In this document: piece after piece, positions 1 through 12,378 of the stretch
How positions within the stretch are numbered: the stretch's first letter is position 1
How the letters are laid out: each line of letters begins with the position of its first letter
Source of the DNA: Basidiobolus ranarum
Lineage: Eukaryota
Assembly (NCBI GenBank): GCA_040143965.1
Contig: JASJQH010000001.1
Location: 62,001-86,150 of the forward strand
DNA: 24,150 nucleotides
Direction: 5' to 3'
Notes under the pieces: model-generated
What the model saw: only the letters and a program-made list of their open reading frames with translations
Told to the model about the DNA's origin: nothing
Database searches by the model: none
Program-made: the position numbers and the translations under genes

Positions 1-56
1 TTAAAGTGACCTAGTACGCTATTTACCATGGTTAATGGACAATTTATGTGCTCTAG

Positions 57-477
57 ATTTTTTCATCAATCGAAGGGTTTATTCATGAGGCTAGAGCCAT
101 TAATACTCAGTACCTTAACCATCCAAAATTCTGTTACAACTCAGGAGTTACGGGAGGTTTGTCGTTCAGTAGAGAAAGTGGATAAAGAGATTGATAAAGC
201 GATACTTTTACTTGAAAAAGAGAAATTAATCACTCGAGTTAGTGAACCAACCGTTAAGAATACTTCAAATTATGTTGGTCCGGGTGGTTTAAGTGCTGAA
301 CAGGCAAGCTTTATTTCAGCTATGGAATAATTAATTTGGGGTTTGGAATGTTCATTGATTATTTACACTTTATCGTAGATATTTAATAAGGTTCAAGAAG
401 CTAAACGAAGAGACGAAGAACATGGTCTTTATAAGCCATCAAACCTTCGCGAAGATATCAAGTGGAGAATGATATAA
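57..477 (+). CDS. 3' part of an unidentified protein-coding gene (5' end outside the window or unresolved)
   Basis: Probable acceptor ctctag at 51-56. Exon 57..303 reads FFHQSKGLFMRLEPLILSTL...VGPGGLSAEQ. Intron 304..378 (CAG|gcaagc...atcgtag). Exon 379..477 continues in frame, IFNKVQEAKRRDEEHGLYKPSNLREDIKWRMI*. Helical, possibly winged-helix-like; no family recognised. Confidence 0.6.
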
Positions 478-900
478 GCCATTTACACCTAGAGGTTATT
501 TTGATGTTCTATCAGTTTACAGAAATAAATCTATTCTCTGGCGTAACAATCCATTGGAGGATATGGGTTCATATTGAGATTTTATTCAAATTAGCTTTCT
601 ATCAAAATCTATTCTTTAAGGTAAACAAATTTCTTCCACGCGTTGTTCGATTAAAAAGTAAAATAATTATCAAACAAAAGCAATCTATGATTTTATTAGC
701 CAGAGGGATGAGGTTAATAATGAGAGATGATGGAGGGAGGGAGAGAAGGAACACAATGGCTTTACTTCTGTGTACTGGAAGACGATGGTAACAAATTCTT
801 GACTTGAATTTGATGTAACGGATACTGTGTGTGCTTTGAAGAAGACTTATGATTACATAATAAGTGGAGGAATCGAAGGGGCTTGGAGATGCAGTATTCT

Positions 901-2440
901 TTAAAATCCACTGTCAAACAAATAATTGGCAGCTAATTCCTCATTTTTATCGCAAGCAAAGTAGGCCTCAGTGGCGGTTTCACGATCAAATCCTAGAGCG
1001 ACCAGCTATGGTAGAGATGTTAATATATTTCTTATGAATATTGTATTAAATACTTCTGTAAAACTCTACCCTGTCTATGGCTTCCTTCTCTTGGTCGGAG
1101 ATTTGAATATATTGCATTTCTGGTTCTTCAGGATCGTAGTCTTCATCATCATCCATGTCATCATTATCAGCACTTAACAATTGGAAGAAGGTGTCCTGAT
1201 TCTCATTGATCAGCTGGAGAAGTTCAGGGTTAGCTTGACCAAGTTGTTGTAAAAGAGGTTGAAGTAACTCTGGGTTTTGTTGAACAAGTTGACGTAATTG
1301 CTGGAACTGTGGCTGGCTTGTAAGATACGAGAGATCAGCATCCTCCTCGTCCTGTTCTTCCATAGCGGCGGCATGTTCAGCTGCTGCAGTGAAAAGATTT
1401 TGAGGTTGACCTGGAGGATAGCATAAGGACAGTGTTACAATCGTGTATTGATTGAAAGGAGTTAAAAGAAACTATAATTACGAAGGCTAGAGGCCGTGAC
1501 TTCACGCTCTGGATGCTCAGGAATACCCTATTATATATCCCATGAGTATTTGTGACAATGATTAATATATATTTGTATTTCTAGAAACAAACATTCATCA
1601 AGTATTCCACTGCCCTATCAGGGTTATTGAAACTAGCACGCATTGCTTTTGTTATCTTTTCACGTTCGAATCCCATTTCCAACATATGTGAAATAGCTGC
1701 TTCATGCTCAGGCCCAGTTGCTTGAGTTCATAAGTTAGTTCGGGTAGTATCATAAAAACATGCATACAAAAGAAGTACCTAATTCTGCATCTACATTAGT
1801 AGCATTTTGGGTATTAGTGGGTGGTCTAGGGGCAGGTGTGTCATCTGGTTTGTCCTCAGAATTAGTTTGACGCTGATTAATTCGGGTGGGTGCCTGAGGG
1901 GTTTGAACTAGGACAGCAGGTGGGGCAGGTGTGGCTGGAGTGGCGGTGGTGGTAGCAGCTGAAGCAGCAGGTTGGGCTTTTGGCTGATTAAAAGTTACAA
2001 ATTAGTCTATATGAAGCGATGTTTTCAAAGAATAGATGAATTGCTAGTACCTTTGACACCATGACAACCATAAAGTCTCTTTCGGTAGCGTTATATTCTG
2101 AAACTAACTTATCATCGACCAAGATTTTGCCTGAAATATTTCGTAACGTAAAAGAATATATCAACTATAAATAATCTCGCTAAATACGCGGAAAGAAGAG
2201 TAGTTTTATATAGGAACCAAAAATTACCAGAGAAAATCAACTTTTGTTGAGCTACCGGATAGCCTTGGCTTTGCTCAATCTTCTCCTTCAAGTTCGAAAC
2301 CTAATATTTCCCCAGGTAAAGTTAATTTCTCAGGTACTTTGGTTGTGTCAATTACTTTCTCTCTCAAAATTTACCTTGTCTTCAGGTTCTACCTCGATTT
2401 GAAATTGCTTCTGTTGTAAGGTCTTGATAGTAAGCTTCAT
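901..2440 (-). CDS. RAD23: UV excision repair / proteasome shuttle protein Rad23 (UBL-UBA-XPC-binding-UBA), 347 aa, 8 exons
   Basis: Exons 2440-2375, 2300-2228, 2130-2051, 1983-1779, 1720-1593, 1527-1482, 1410-1070, 1005-901 (1044 nt). [22 protein letters not shown]...[14 protein letters not shown]1 MLEMGFERE...[23 protein letters not shown]-binding [39 protein letters not shown]2 EAIDRLVALGF...[17 protein letters not shown]. Confidence 0.97.
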
Positions 2441-2814
2441 AATGCACCGTTTTTTTGGTTGAATAAGTTGAACTAGTAAGTAGTTGTTGAGCGTTTAAAG
2501 CGAGACCATATTGGAGAAATCTCGACCTTGGCGATCACGTGAGGCGACACTGTCCCCCTCGAAAATTTGGTTATGACGACGTGCGCTAATGGATTTTTTT
2601 TTGTGCGGCACGAGTTCAGCAAAAAATCAATATTTTTTTTGTGAATGGGCGGTGCCTGCATCATATTATGAGTGATGTTTACTAATGGTTCGGTGAAAGT
2701 GGATCATATATTATTAATCAAGTATTCAACCTCACTTCAAGGTTGATTGGAGGGTTTATTGGAATGCACAGAAACAATGCTCAGAAAAATGCTAATGTTG
2801 GATCAGGAAAAGGT

Positions 2815-4945
2815 TTATAATGGTGAGGTTTCACGGATGAGCCAGTCATAAGCCAACTTGTTGTTTTCGAGAAGAGGTGCAATCTTTGTACGAGTGAGTG
2901 TGTGGTAATCATTGACCCACTTGAGTTCTTCGGAATTGAGCAATGAGCTCTGAATCAACTTACGCATCATAGGTACTAGGGTGATGTGCTCAAACCCGAG
3001 GTAGCTGCGGTTACCAAAGTTGTAGGATGTCTTCTCTTCGCGGATCAACAAGATATTCTCGATACGGATACCGAATTTGCCATCTTCATAGTAGCCAGGT
3101 TCATCCGTGACAGTCATACCTTTAGAGAGGCCAACTTCATTTGCGCTAGCACGGATCGCAATTCCGTGTGGTCCTTCGTGGACGTTTAAGAATGAACCTA
3201 CTCCGTGTCCAGTGCCATGACGGAAATCAAGTCCAGCCTTCCAGAGGCTACTTCTGGAAAAGGCATCGATTTGATACCCGGTGGTTCCTTGGGGGAAAAC
3301 GAGGGTATCGAGGGCGATATGTCCCTTGAGTACTCTAGTATAACATTCACGTTCATACTCGGTAGGATTAGTGAAATGAATGGTACGAGTGACATCAGTT
3401 GTACCATCAAGATACTGAGCTCCAGAGTCGCAAAGATAAATTTGGTTCTTGTCAATAATGGAGCATGTCTCCTTTTCTGGTTTGTAATGAATGATTGCAC
3501 CGTTGGGACCGGTGGAGGAGATGGTATCGAAGCTGAGGTCAAAGAAATCGGCTTGTTCTCTTCTGAATTGTTCAAGCTTGTCAGCTCCATCGACCTCACT
3601 GATATTGGTATTACCCTTATTAATCAACTCATCTTCCAACCAGGCAAAGTAGCTGATCAAAGCAGCGGCGTCTCTAAGATGACACTGTCTCATACCCTCA
3701 AGCTCGACTTCGTTCTTAATACTCTTGGCATCACCAATTGGTGAGCGAAGTTCATGCACATTCTCGGCTCCGATGGTTTCGTACAAAGCGAAACTGGCCC
3801 TGTTGGCCATGAGAAGTTTCTAACACACCACACAAAGTTTAGTTTATCGTTTGATAGCTTAAAAACTAGTTAATATATGAAATCTACCTTTTTCTCGGTA
3901 GCGGCTTGAACTGAAGTTTGCTTGAGTTGTTCCCAGATAGCATTATAAGGGTGAACCTGAACATTAGCACCAATGTGTGCCTTAACCTATGTATAGGAAT
4001 ATAACTTAGTACAATGGTGGATCATATTCTGTGTGTAAGACTACTAACCTCATCTGTAAGCTTCTCCTCATTGATATATAAGATAGCCTCTTTCTCAGTG
4101 ATCAAGGCATAAGAAAAGAAGACTGGATTACATTGAATATCGTTACCACGCAAGTTGAAAAGCCAAGCGATTTCGTCCAAAGCAGAGACAACAAAGCCAT
4201 AAGCATTATGCTTTTGAAATTGCTCTCTGAGTTGTTCAAGTTTATCTTCAACTGATTGACCAGCGTACTTGATAGGATGAACAAAGATTTTGTTGGAGGG
4301 GAAGTTTGGTTGGTCTTCCCATATACGGTCGACTAAATTTTCATGAATAGTGACCAAAGAAGAGTTGACACTTTGTAACTCGTCGCTAAGTTTTCTAGCT
4401 TCAGGAGCAGCGATGAGTTTAGGGTCAATACCTACTCGGGAGCCAGCAGGAAGATTTTTAACCACATACTCTTGCCAGGTAGGTACTTCTGGAAGTCCTT
4501 GCTTCATAAGAGTCCAATTGGAATCAAGTTGCTGTGATGCTTGAAGGAAGTAACGACCGTCAGTAAAAAGAGCGGCAGCTTCGGTGGAGACGACAGCACA
4601 GCCAGCAGATCCAGTGAAACCGGAGATGTAAGGTCTACGATTGTCACAATCAGCAGTATACTCACTCTGGTGAGCATCTTCACTTGGGATAATATAAGCT
4701 TGGACGTTATATTCTTTCTTAGCCATAAGCTCTCTGAGCTTAGCTAAGCGTTCGGTAGTATTGATAGCTGGCATATTGGTGGAGTAAAAATGTTCAAACC
4801 GAGTGTTTAAACGAAGCTTATTTGAAAGGTACTGAGGGTTTTTGTATTTATAAGCAAACTGAGTTGTGGGTATAGAAGCAGCAGTACTTCTGACGTTACC
4901 GACAACAGAAAAGCTAGGTATACAATTCTTGAACAGAAATCGCAT
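2815..4945 (-). CDS. Xaa-Pro aminopeptidase P (M24B, XPNPEP1/Fra1-like), 666 aa from the first ATG, 3 exons
   Basis: Exons 4945-4049, 3986-3888, 3819-2815 (2001 nt). Motifs [83 protein letters not shown] and GIRIEN are present, so the metal ligands are intact. The ORF-track start at 4987 is a TTG. The first ATG is at 4945 and a second in-frame ATG is at 4774. Confidence 0.95.
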
Positions 4946-5471
4946 GATTTTAACAAATATTGTTTTCTCGAAGGACGAGAATGCCAATCAACTTTTTTAG
5001 GTTGCGTAATTTTGTCACGTTTTATCGTGATTGGTAAAGTTGGATTATATATATGTGTACAATAAATATAGTATAAAATAAGGTGGTTACTTGAATAAGG
5101 ATGACCTAGCCAATGAAGTCGAGAGAATTAGGTTTTGTTCTCGGATAGATGTACAATGATGTGCCACTGTGCATGGAGCGCAAACCGAGAGAGGCAGCTG
5201 GTAGATCAGGTCATGTCACTTCGGTGTTACTGTGAAGATTTGTGTCGATCTGTGAGTTCATACGCAAAGCAACAATGTTGGGATGGCAAGCTGGTGTTTA
5301 TTTAAATTAGTGATCAATATTGCAAACAAATGAAAGCTAAAACGGCCAACAAGCTTCATTGATAACATTAAATATCCAAGAACCAAGCTCTTCAAACGAA
5401 ACGTATATTCTAATGACAAGTGTGAAACAAGATAAAAATGGCGAATGAGAAGTGTAAGTGGAATGTACATA

Positions 5472-8459
5472 TCAATCAAATGAGGAAAAGCTACGACCTC
5501 TCCCACGCCCTCTGGATCTTCCACGACCTCGGAAATTAGGTATCCTAGAAGGGTCGCTGTCGTCATAATGACCGTCATAGCCACCTCGTCTAGATGGGTT
5601 GACCAATGTACGAGGTCGATTGAAAGTTTGCTCGCGGTGCTCGGCTCTGTTGATTTTAAGTATACCAGCATTCCATTCACAGCCATCGTGTCTTAGTCCA
5701 CGCTCCATACTTTCTGGATCTTTGAAATCAACAAAACAAAAAGCTCTTTGTTGTCCAGTGTGACGATCATGTACCAACTTCACTTGATTGATTGCGCTCC
5801 GCAAACTTCCAAAAATCCCTTTCACATCCTCATCTGTATATGGAGTTTTATTGAATCCTCCGACCCATATAGTATATGGCCCTGTGGATGGGGTAGGGGC
5901 TGTCTTTACGGGATCCGCATCTGCCCAAACACTTGCACTAGCTCCCACTCCAGACTTGGTTGACGGGGTGGTTTCATCCTCACTAAAATCCATAGCTGGG
6001 GAGCCTCTCGAAGCAGCAGTTGATAAGGCTGGGTCATTTTGAGCGTTTAGATCGACCCAGCTTCCATTTTCTTCAAACACATCTTCACTCCAATCTATCA
6101 TATGACCCTTTGAGATATTCTCTGGTAAATCCTCATCCCAATTCATGGGCCCGTCAAACACCGGTTCATCCCAGTTCATTTGACCTACGTCCTCAGATAC
6201 AACATCATCCCAGCTAGAAGCACATTTGTGATCTTCATTATCTTGCTTGACTGCATTACCATTGGACTCGAGTTGGATTTTTGGTGGTGTTTGATTTGTG
6301 AGAGTTTCCATGGTGCCGTTCCTGGTTGGTGTGGAGACCTCATGCTCTGTTGACACCCGAGTAAGTTTGGTTAGTTAATACAAAATTAACTCGAAGATAC
6401 CCTGAAATCGTATTACCATCTTTCTCAACCCCGTTGGTGGTTGTTGTGCTACTAACGGTTGACTTCGTTTTAGTTTGAAGCTTCAAAGCATTTTTTAAAC
6501 GATGGCCAAAATCGATTCCTGCGAAAGATATTAAATTAAGTACTCGCTGAGGTCGTCGTAATATATCTAGAGCTTACCAGTAGATTTGGTTTCAGCGGCG
6601 ATAGAGCCATTTGAAATATCCAAAATTAAAGAACCTTTGGTCGGCTCAGGCAACCCAAATGTCCAAAAGTTCTCTAAAAGACTCTCCGTTTCGGGTAGAG
6701 TATTCAAAGCGGCCAATCCACTTTTCAACCATTGTACTTGCTGGGGGCTGATTTTGAAAGTTAAGATTTGTTGCTCTAGTAGAATAATTCAAGCTAAGTG
6801 AGGATTACCTGTGGCTATTTTCAATATCTACTCTGATCTTCTCCCAGATCTCCACGAGACTGGATCGAGCTTTTACCAGTTTCTCTTGGTAGGTTTGAGG
6901 ATCCGCCAAGATTGATGTTTCAGTGTAGCTTAAGCAGTACTTTGCATTTTCCTCAGGGGAAATAGCATAATCTACCTGGTAACAATTTCGAATTTAATTT
7001 AAGAAATTGGTTGGGACAAAGTTCACGTTAGCTTACATTAAGTGTGTGTGCAAGTTGAGCAATGACTTCATGTTTGGTTGGGGCAACTGTAGCCATTAGA
7101 ATTCGCACTTCCGATGGGTCGTAAACCTTAAGAATTGTCAAAATAAATGATTTGAATTACAACGAATTGATCAGACTTGCGTATACCTTTTGAGCCGTGT
7201 CGATCAACTTTCCCATACGCACAAGATTAATATACGAGCCAGTCAGTTGATCTATGTAGAAGGAATATTAGCATTGATTTCGAAAGTTTCTCGCATTATC
7301 CTAGACAATATATTACTTTCGGGGACAAATAAACGTTGAAGTGAATAGTCACCAGATATTCCCAACAGGCGTATTTTGTTTCCTCCTAACTCAATTACTC
7401 CGCTACTACCACTATGTAAAATGTGTAGTTGAGGAATAGCTATCTTTTCTTCAAGTAATTTTTCTACGATAACAGTGTCTTCATTAGCACCGTATATTGT
7501 ATAAACAGGCACATCAAATTTCAAGGTGCCGGCAAGGACAGAAGAAAATTGGGAGAGTTCGGTACAGGTCGGCTGTTTACGAAGGCTATCCAAAGGTAAA
7601 CTGTTCAATCTGACTTTTTCCTCTTTAGAGAGCAGTGGACTAGATAGAATTATATTTCTCAACGAGCTAGATAAAGTATGAATTATTTACTGAAGGTATG
7701 TCTTTAAGGAGGCGCTCAATATAATAAAGTATGTGTTTTCCTACCTCTCTGGAATACGATTGCAGCTCCCGGTATCTAACAATATAAATAAAAGTTGAGG
7801 AAAAGTCGAAGAGAAGCTTCTTCACATAAAATTACCATAAAATCCAAATTCTCCACAATGAAGAACTGCAACTGCTTCATAGCGCTTTGCTAGTTGATTG
7901 AGGTAAGAGAAATTACCTAAAAATATCAAAAGGTTTATGAATATTCAATTCCTCTGTGAAATATATCATCTCGAGAAAAAAATCCTGTAGATGACTCAAA
8001 TGGGTATGTGGAGAGAAAATGTACAGTAGATCTCAGAATCACATACCTCTAATATTAGCGATACAGAGTAGTCTTCCCGCTTGGGTATCGAATACTCTAA
8101 CGTTTTTATTATCCATTTCTGATGAGTAGCTACTCTTCAGAGTAACTTCTGGTGCTTGGAGAGATTCTTTCTTTGAAGTAAAATCTAGGTTCTTCGCGTT
8201 AGTAATGTTGATAAAGATGAAATAAGTCGGGATTGTCTCATTTACTTTCTTTAGATTTATCGACTTGACTTTTGATGATGCTTGATACAACTTCTTCCGA
8301 GGATATCACTTGTGTATTTCCTGTTGCTGACCAATTTTGCCAGCTGGTGGCGTCGTACTGTGGTATGGATGAACTTTCAGAAGGGTCTCTTGATTTTGGG
8401 CTTCGAGTGTTTTTCGTTGTTGGTTTACGAAAATTCTTGACCTTTTGCTGCTCTGACAT
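5472..8459 (-). CDS. DUF2433-type calcineurin-like metallophosphoesterase-fold protein (degenerate) with Trp-acidic linker, C-terminal RRM and RG-rich tail, 760 aa, 11 exons
   Basis: Exons 8459-8246, 8184-8047, 7916-7836, 7775-7745, 7666-7317, 7251-7187, 7126-7037, 6975-6809, 6747-6578, 6518-6417, 6346-5472 (2283 nt, open frame). GRLLCIANIRGNFSYLNQLA...LHCGEFGFYD, PVYTIYGANED, LRLLG-like IRLLGISG, GKLIDTAQKVYDPSEVRIL and GIDFGHR resemble the fungal DUF2433 phosphoesterase family as I recall it. RRM has RNP2 TIWVGGF and RNP1 RAFCFVDF. Tail is RGRGRSRGRGRGR. Confidence 0.85.
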
Positions 8460-9087
8460 TTAAAGAGAAGAAATAGAACTGAGAAGTACGAAAACTGGAA
8501 CAATAAGCGAGTCTAATACGAATTCAACTCATTTAACACTAGATTTGATCCGAAATCAATAGTAGGTAATTTTTCACGTCACGAGTCCGAGAAATGGGTC
8601 ACGATTTATTCAACGTATAATTTGTGCTTCATCTCACGTCTGTTTCCATTTAGAATTAATAGACGAATCTGGTGCACTCAGAGTATTGGTTTGAATGGGA
8701 CCAAAGAAAGTTTGGTGTTCGTGATGATAAAAGTCAAATGAGTTTCAGGATGGCACTGTCGAACAAACGGTCTTGAGTGTTTGTGGATTTATCTATGCTG
8801 TGGAGTGACTGAGTAAATGCGCTTCAATAGTAATTGGTTCACATTGGTTTATTTGTGGTACTTTCCTTCGAAGTTCATTAGATAATTCTGTAGACTTGCT
8901 GCTATCAGGAGTTAAATAAATAAACAAATTACGGTGATTTGATATACTGATATAGTCGATCTACAATTGGTCGCTTCCTACTAGTTCATGCAGTCATTCG
9001 ATAGTTTATATAATACTATCTCTGATCCTGCGGCAATTTTACTCTTCACTAACAAATTATCCACTTGAGGTGTTTCCACGTAAAGTA

Positions 9088-12000
9088 ATGAGAAAGAAAA
9101 TAAAGTCGGCTTCGAAGAAAGTTTTTGGAGATAAGAATATTTACATAAGTCCTTGGCTAGAAACCAAAGAATATGAGGAGGTATATGCGGATATATATAT
9201 GTATATACATTTATAGAAACACAAAACATCATAAACTAAGATTTTGACTCTGCATTACTTTTTTTTGCGTAATTTAGATTAAAGAAATACTAGTAGAGCA
9301 CGAAGCTTTCATAGTGAAAGATAAGAAAGATCCCGAGAATTTGTACATCATAACAAGAGACATAAGTGATGGCTTCGATATAGAACAGTGTACAATTGTA
9401 ACGGTACGCTTACGAGAATATGGAATGCTTAAAATGTTTCTCTGATCTTAATAGGCCTTTATTTAGCCAAACTGGGTATATCAAACCATTCATACCGGAT
9501 ATTTGCAAAGGTTTTTATTAGTATTACTACAATATTTACCCTGACGACCATTAAACTCCTTTACAGTGAAGTCGCCTATTCTCCAGATCCTTTTCATGTC
9601 TTTTCAGGAACTGTCATATCATCAATACACGTAAGGACAAATACCATTCAACCATTGATAATGTTACAAGCTCTAGCTAACGATTCTTTGTTAGCTATCG
9701 GAGTTTGATCAAGATTCTTTATTTGCTGGAGTAGAAGCGCTAGGTGGCCAATGGACAGAAGATTATACAGCAGATGTCACTCATCTTGTGGCAGCTTATC
9801 CAGATGGGGTATGCATGGATTTTTGAGACAAAGATCTGTTTTTAAAACCAAGTGGTGAAATGTAAATTGCTTACTTTTTACATTAGGAGATGTACGAAAA
9901 AGCGATATCAAGTAACACATGTCAAGTAGTGATTCCGCATTGGATTGATGATAGCTTGAAGCTTCGACGAATACTCCCCGAAGTAATATAATTCTCTCCA
10001 GAAATGAACCATGCTTTCAATACATCTCATGCCTCTCTTCCTGTTAGAAAGTATACTCATACCCAGAGCCATCCATATATAGACTCTTCATAGATCAAGG
10101 GGAAACAAGCGTATTCTTACCGGCATCACAGACTGATCGAATTCCTGTATTCTATCCTGAAGATCAAACCGTCCCTGTGCCAAACTCGAAATTTCTACAA
10201 GGATATACATTTTTGCTTTCGGATGACTTGACCCACATTCCTGAAATCATCCAAGTCTTACATGAAAGGCTAGAACAGGCAGGTGCCAAAGTAGCAAAGA
10301 CTTATTCCAAGAATGTTAACTGCATTGTGTGTAAATATCGACTGGGCGATATATACATACGAGTAAGTAATCTTATTATCAAACTGGGTTTAAACCATGT
10401 AAATAATCCTATTTTTCCAGGCCTCTCTTGATCAACAGATTATTGGAAATTTAACTTGGCTCTATTATATTTTAAACGTGGGTAAGATCTCTAATCCACT
10501 GAGATTCTTGCTACATTATCCATTACCGAAGGGGGGAATCCCTCAATTTCAAACATATGTAAGTCAGCGAATACCCTTATCGCACTTAAAGTTGGGAATG
10601 CTCTCACGATATTGATTTGTTAATCGTTGCGCTTCTTAGACTATTACGCTCACAAATTATATTGGCAATGCTCGTGAGTATCTAAAAAGGCTGATCGTTG
10701 GGATGGGGGCTACTTATACTGGCCATATGGGATCAACTCACTCACACCTGATCTGTGGAAGGTAAATACCAACGCTAAGATGGAAACAGTTGTTATCTCA
10801 CATGAAAATAGACACTAATAGTATATTAATCAATCAGTTTAAGCGGAGAAAAATGTCGTAAAGCACAAGAGTGGAATGTAAACATGGTCAATCATTTGTG
10901 GTTAGAGGACTGCTTTCGTTCTTGGACATTGCATAGTATTACCAAACATCAATACGTACACTTCCCGAATGGAATCAATTTGACTGACGTGATAGGACAA
11001 TGTACCCAACTTTCAAACAAAATTACTGATTGGTACAGAAAAGTTGAACTTGGTCCTGACACAGGATCTCATTCAAAATCCCACGAGATTCCTAGAGAGA
11101 ATCCAGAGAAGTTGGAAACTGATATTACCCAAGCTCATTCAAGTAATAGCAACTTAGATTTTGAAACGAATCATTTCGTGAAAACTTCATTTGCTGACAA
11201 ATCAAATAGAGCGACAATAGTAAAAAAGACGAAACAAATTCAGCTCGGCCAAAAAAGCAATCACGTAAACTCAAAAAGTCTTCTGGATAAAGAAAAAATG
11301 GTAAAGAAACAAGACAATATCGCGGAACCGTTGATCATAGATAAACTCGCCAACGACGTGAAGTTAATTGATGACCAAGGCCAATCTGATGATAAGTAGG
11401 CTCTTATCTCTCTGTTTCTGCTTTCAAAAAGCCTACCATATAACACTAGGAATCTTTTTCAATAGAGCTTCAGCGCGTGCACCCAAAAAACGCAAAAAGA
11501 TAGCAGATCCAAAGCAAAGTAGTGCTGAATCGACGATATCTAAGACATCATCCAGGTCGATTCGAATCTTAAGCACTGGAGTTAAACTAACAGAAAAAGA
11601 AATCAAGGTATATAGCTACTTATAACCACTACAATCAGAATTAGCTCCTAATCTAAACAATACTCTAGGGAATCAAAGCATTGGGTGCTAAAATAGCCAC
11701 ATCTCCGAAGGATTGCACCCATCTCATAGCAAACCAAGCCACACGAACCGAAAAATTTCTATCAGCAATCTCAGTAGCGGAATATATCTTAACCCGAGAT
11801 TGGGTTAACCAAAGTTTAAAAGCTCACACCTTTTTGGGTGAGTATTTCTCCTAGTACCACATCTTTGTGTAGTATCAGAATAGGCCAAGTTCGATATCCT
11901 AACCAGTTTTTATATAGACGAGGAAGGGTTTCAATTAGAGGACGAAGCATCAGAAAAGAACTATCAATTCTCATTGAAAGAGTCTTTAATACGTGCTAAA

Positions 12001-12378
12001 AGCAAGAAACTCCTGGATAAAATGACCGTGTATATTACGCCAAGCACACAGCCGAAGTCTAGTACTATGAAAAGCCTAATAGAATGTGCTGGAGGGAAGG
12101 TAAATGGTCAATCAAAGCCACATTTGGAATTCATCAGTGCTAAAACTTGTCTGTAGTTGGTCACCACATACCCACGTAAACGGCAACGCTCCAATACCAG
12201 TGCTAGTCCTAGTACATCATCCAATTCATCTGATTTGGTGGTAGTCTCCTGCGATGAGGATTGTTTATTGTGGGAAAGCATACCTGAAAACATACCACTG
12301 TTCACATCTGAATTTATCCTAACGGGACTGCTTAAACAGGAACTAAATTGGGGGCCCGAATTTAGCTTGAGAGAATGA
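9088..12378 (+). CDS. Multi-BRCT DNA-damage scaffold, Brc1/Rtt107(Esc4)/PTIP-like, 794 aa, 14 exons
   Basis: Exons 9088-9180, 9278-9403, 9467-9510, 9567-9630, 9695-9808, 9887-9982, 10048-10362, 10421-10558, 10640-10761, 10838-11395, 11466-11607, 11669-11837, 11918-12099, 12157-12378 (2385 nt). Signatures VTPNWV, YSPDPFHVFSG, LGGQW...VTHLV, IPHWIDDSLKL, IGNLTWLYY...LLHYPLPKGGIP, TNYIGNAREYL and VNHLWLEDCF. The C-terminal tandem BRCT has ILSTG and RTEKFL, the phosphopeptide/gamma-H2A pocket residues. Confidence 0.9.

Noticed and set aside
462-791. 109-aa + strand ORF
   Set aside because: GTG start, low-complexity composition; lies in the convergent 3' UTR region of the first gene and RAD23.
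2986-4747. Several antisense or alternative-frame ORFs (e.g. 3205..3744, 3198..3599)
   Set aside because: Shadows of the aminopeptidase P coding sequence with no independent motifs.
5258-5686. 142-aa overlapping minus-strand ORF
   Set aside because: Alternative frame over the RRM exon and 3' UTR; no recognisable features.
901-12378. DNA-repair gene cluster (RAD23 plus BRCT scaffold)
   Set aside because: Separated by unrelated genes; proximity alone is not evidence of a functional cluster.
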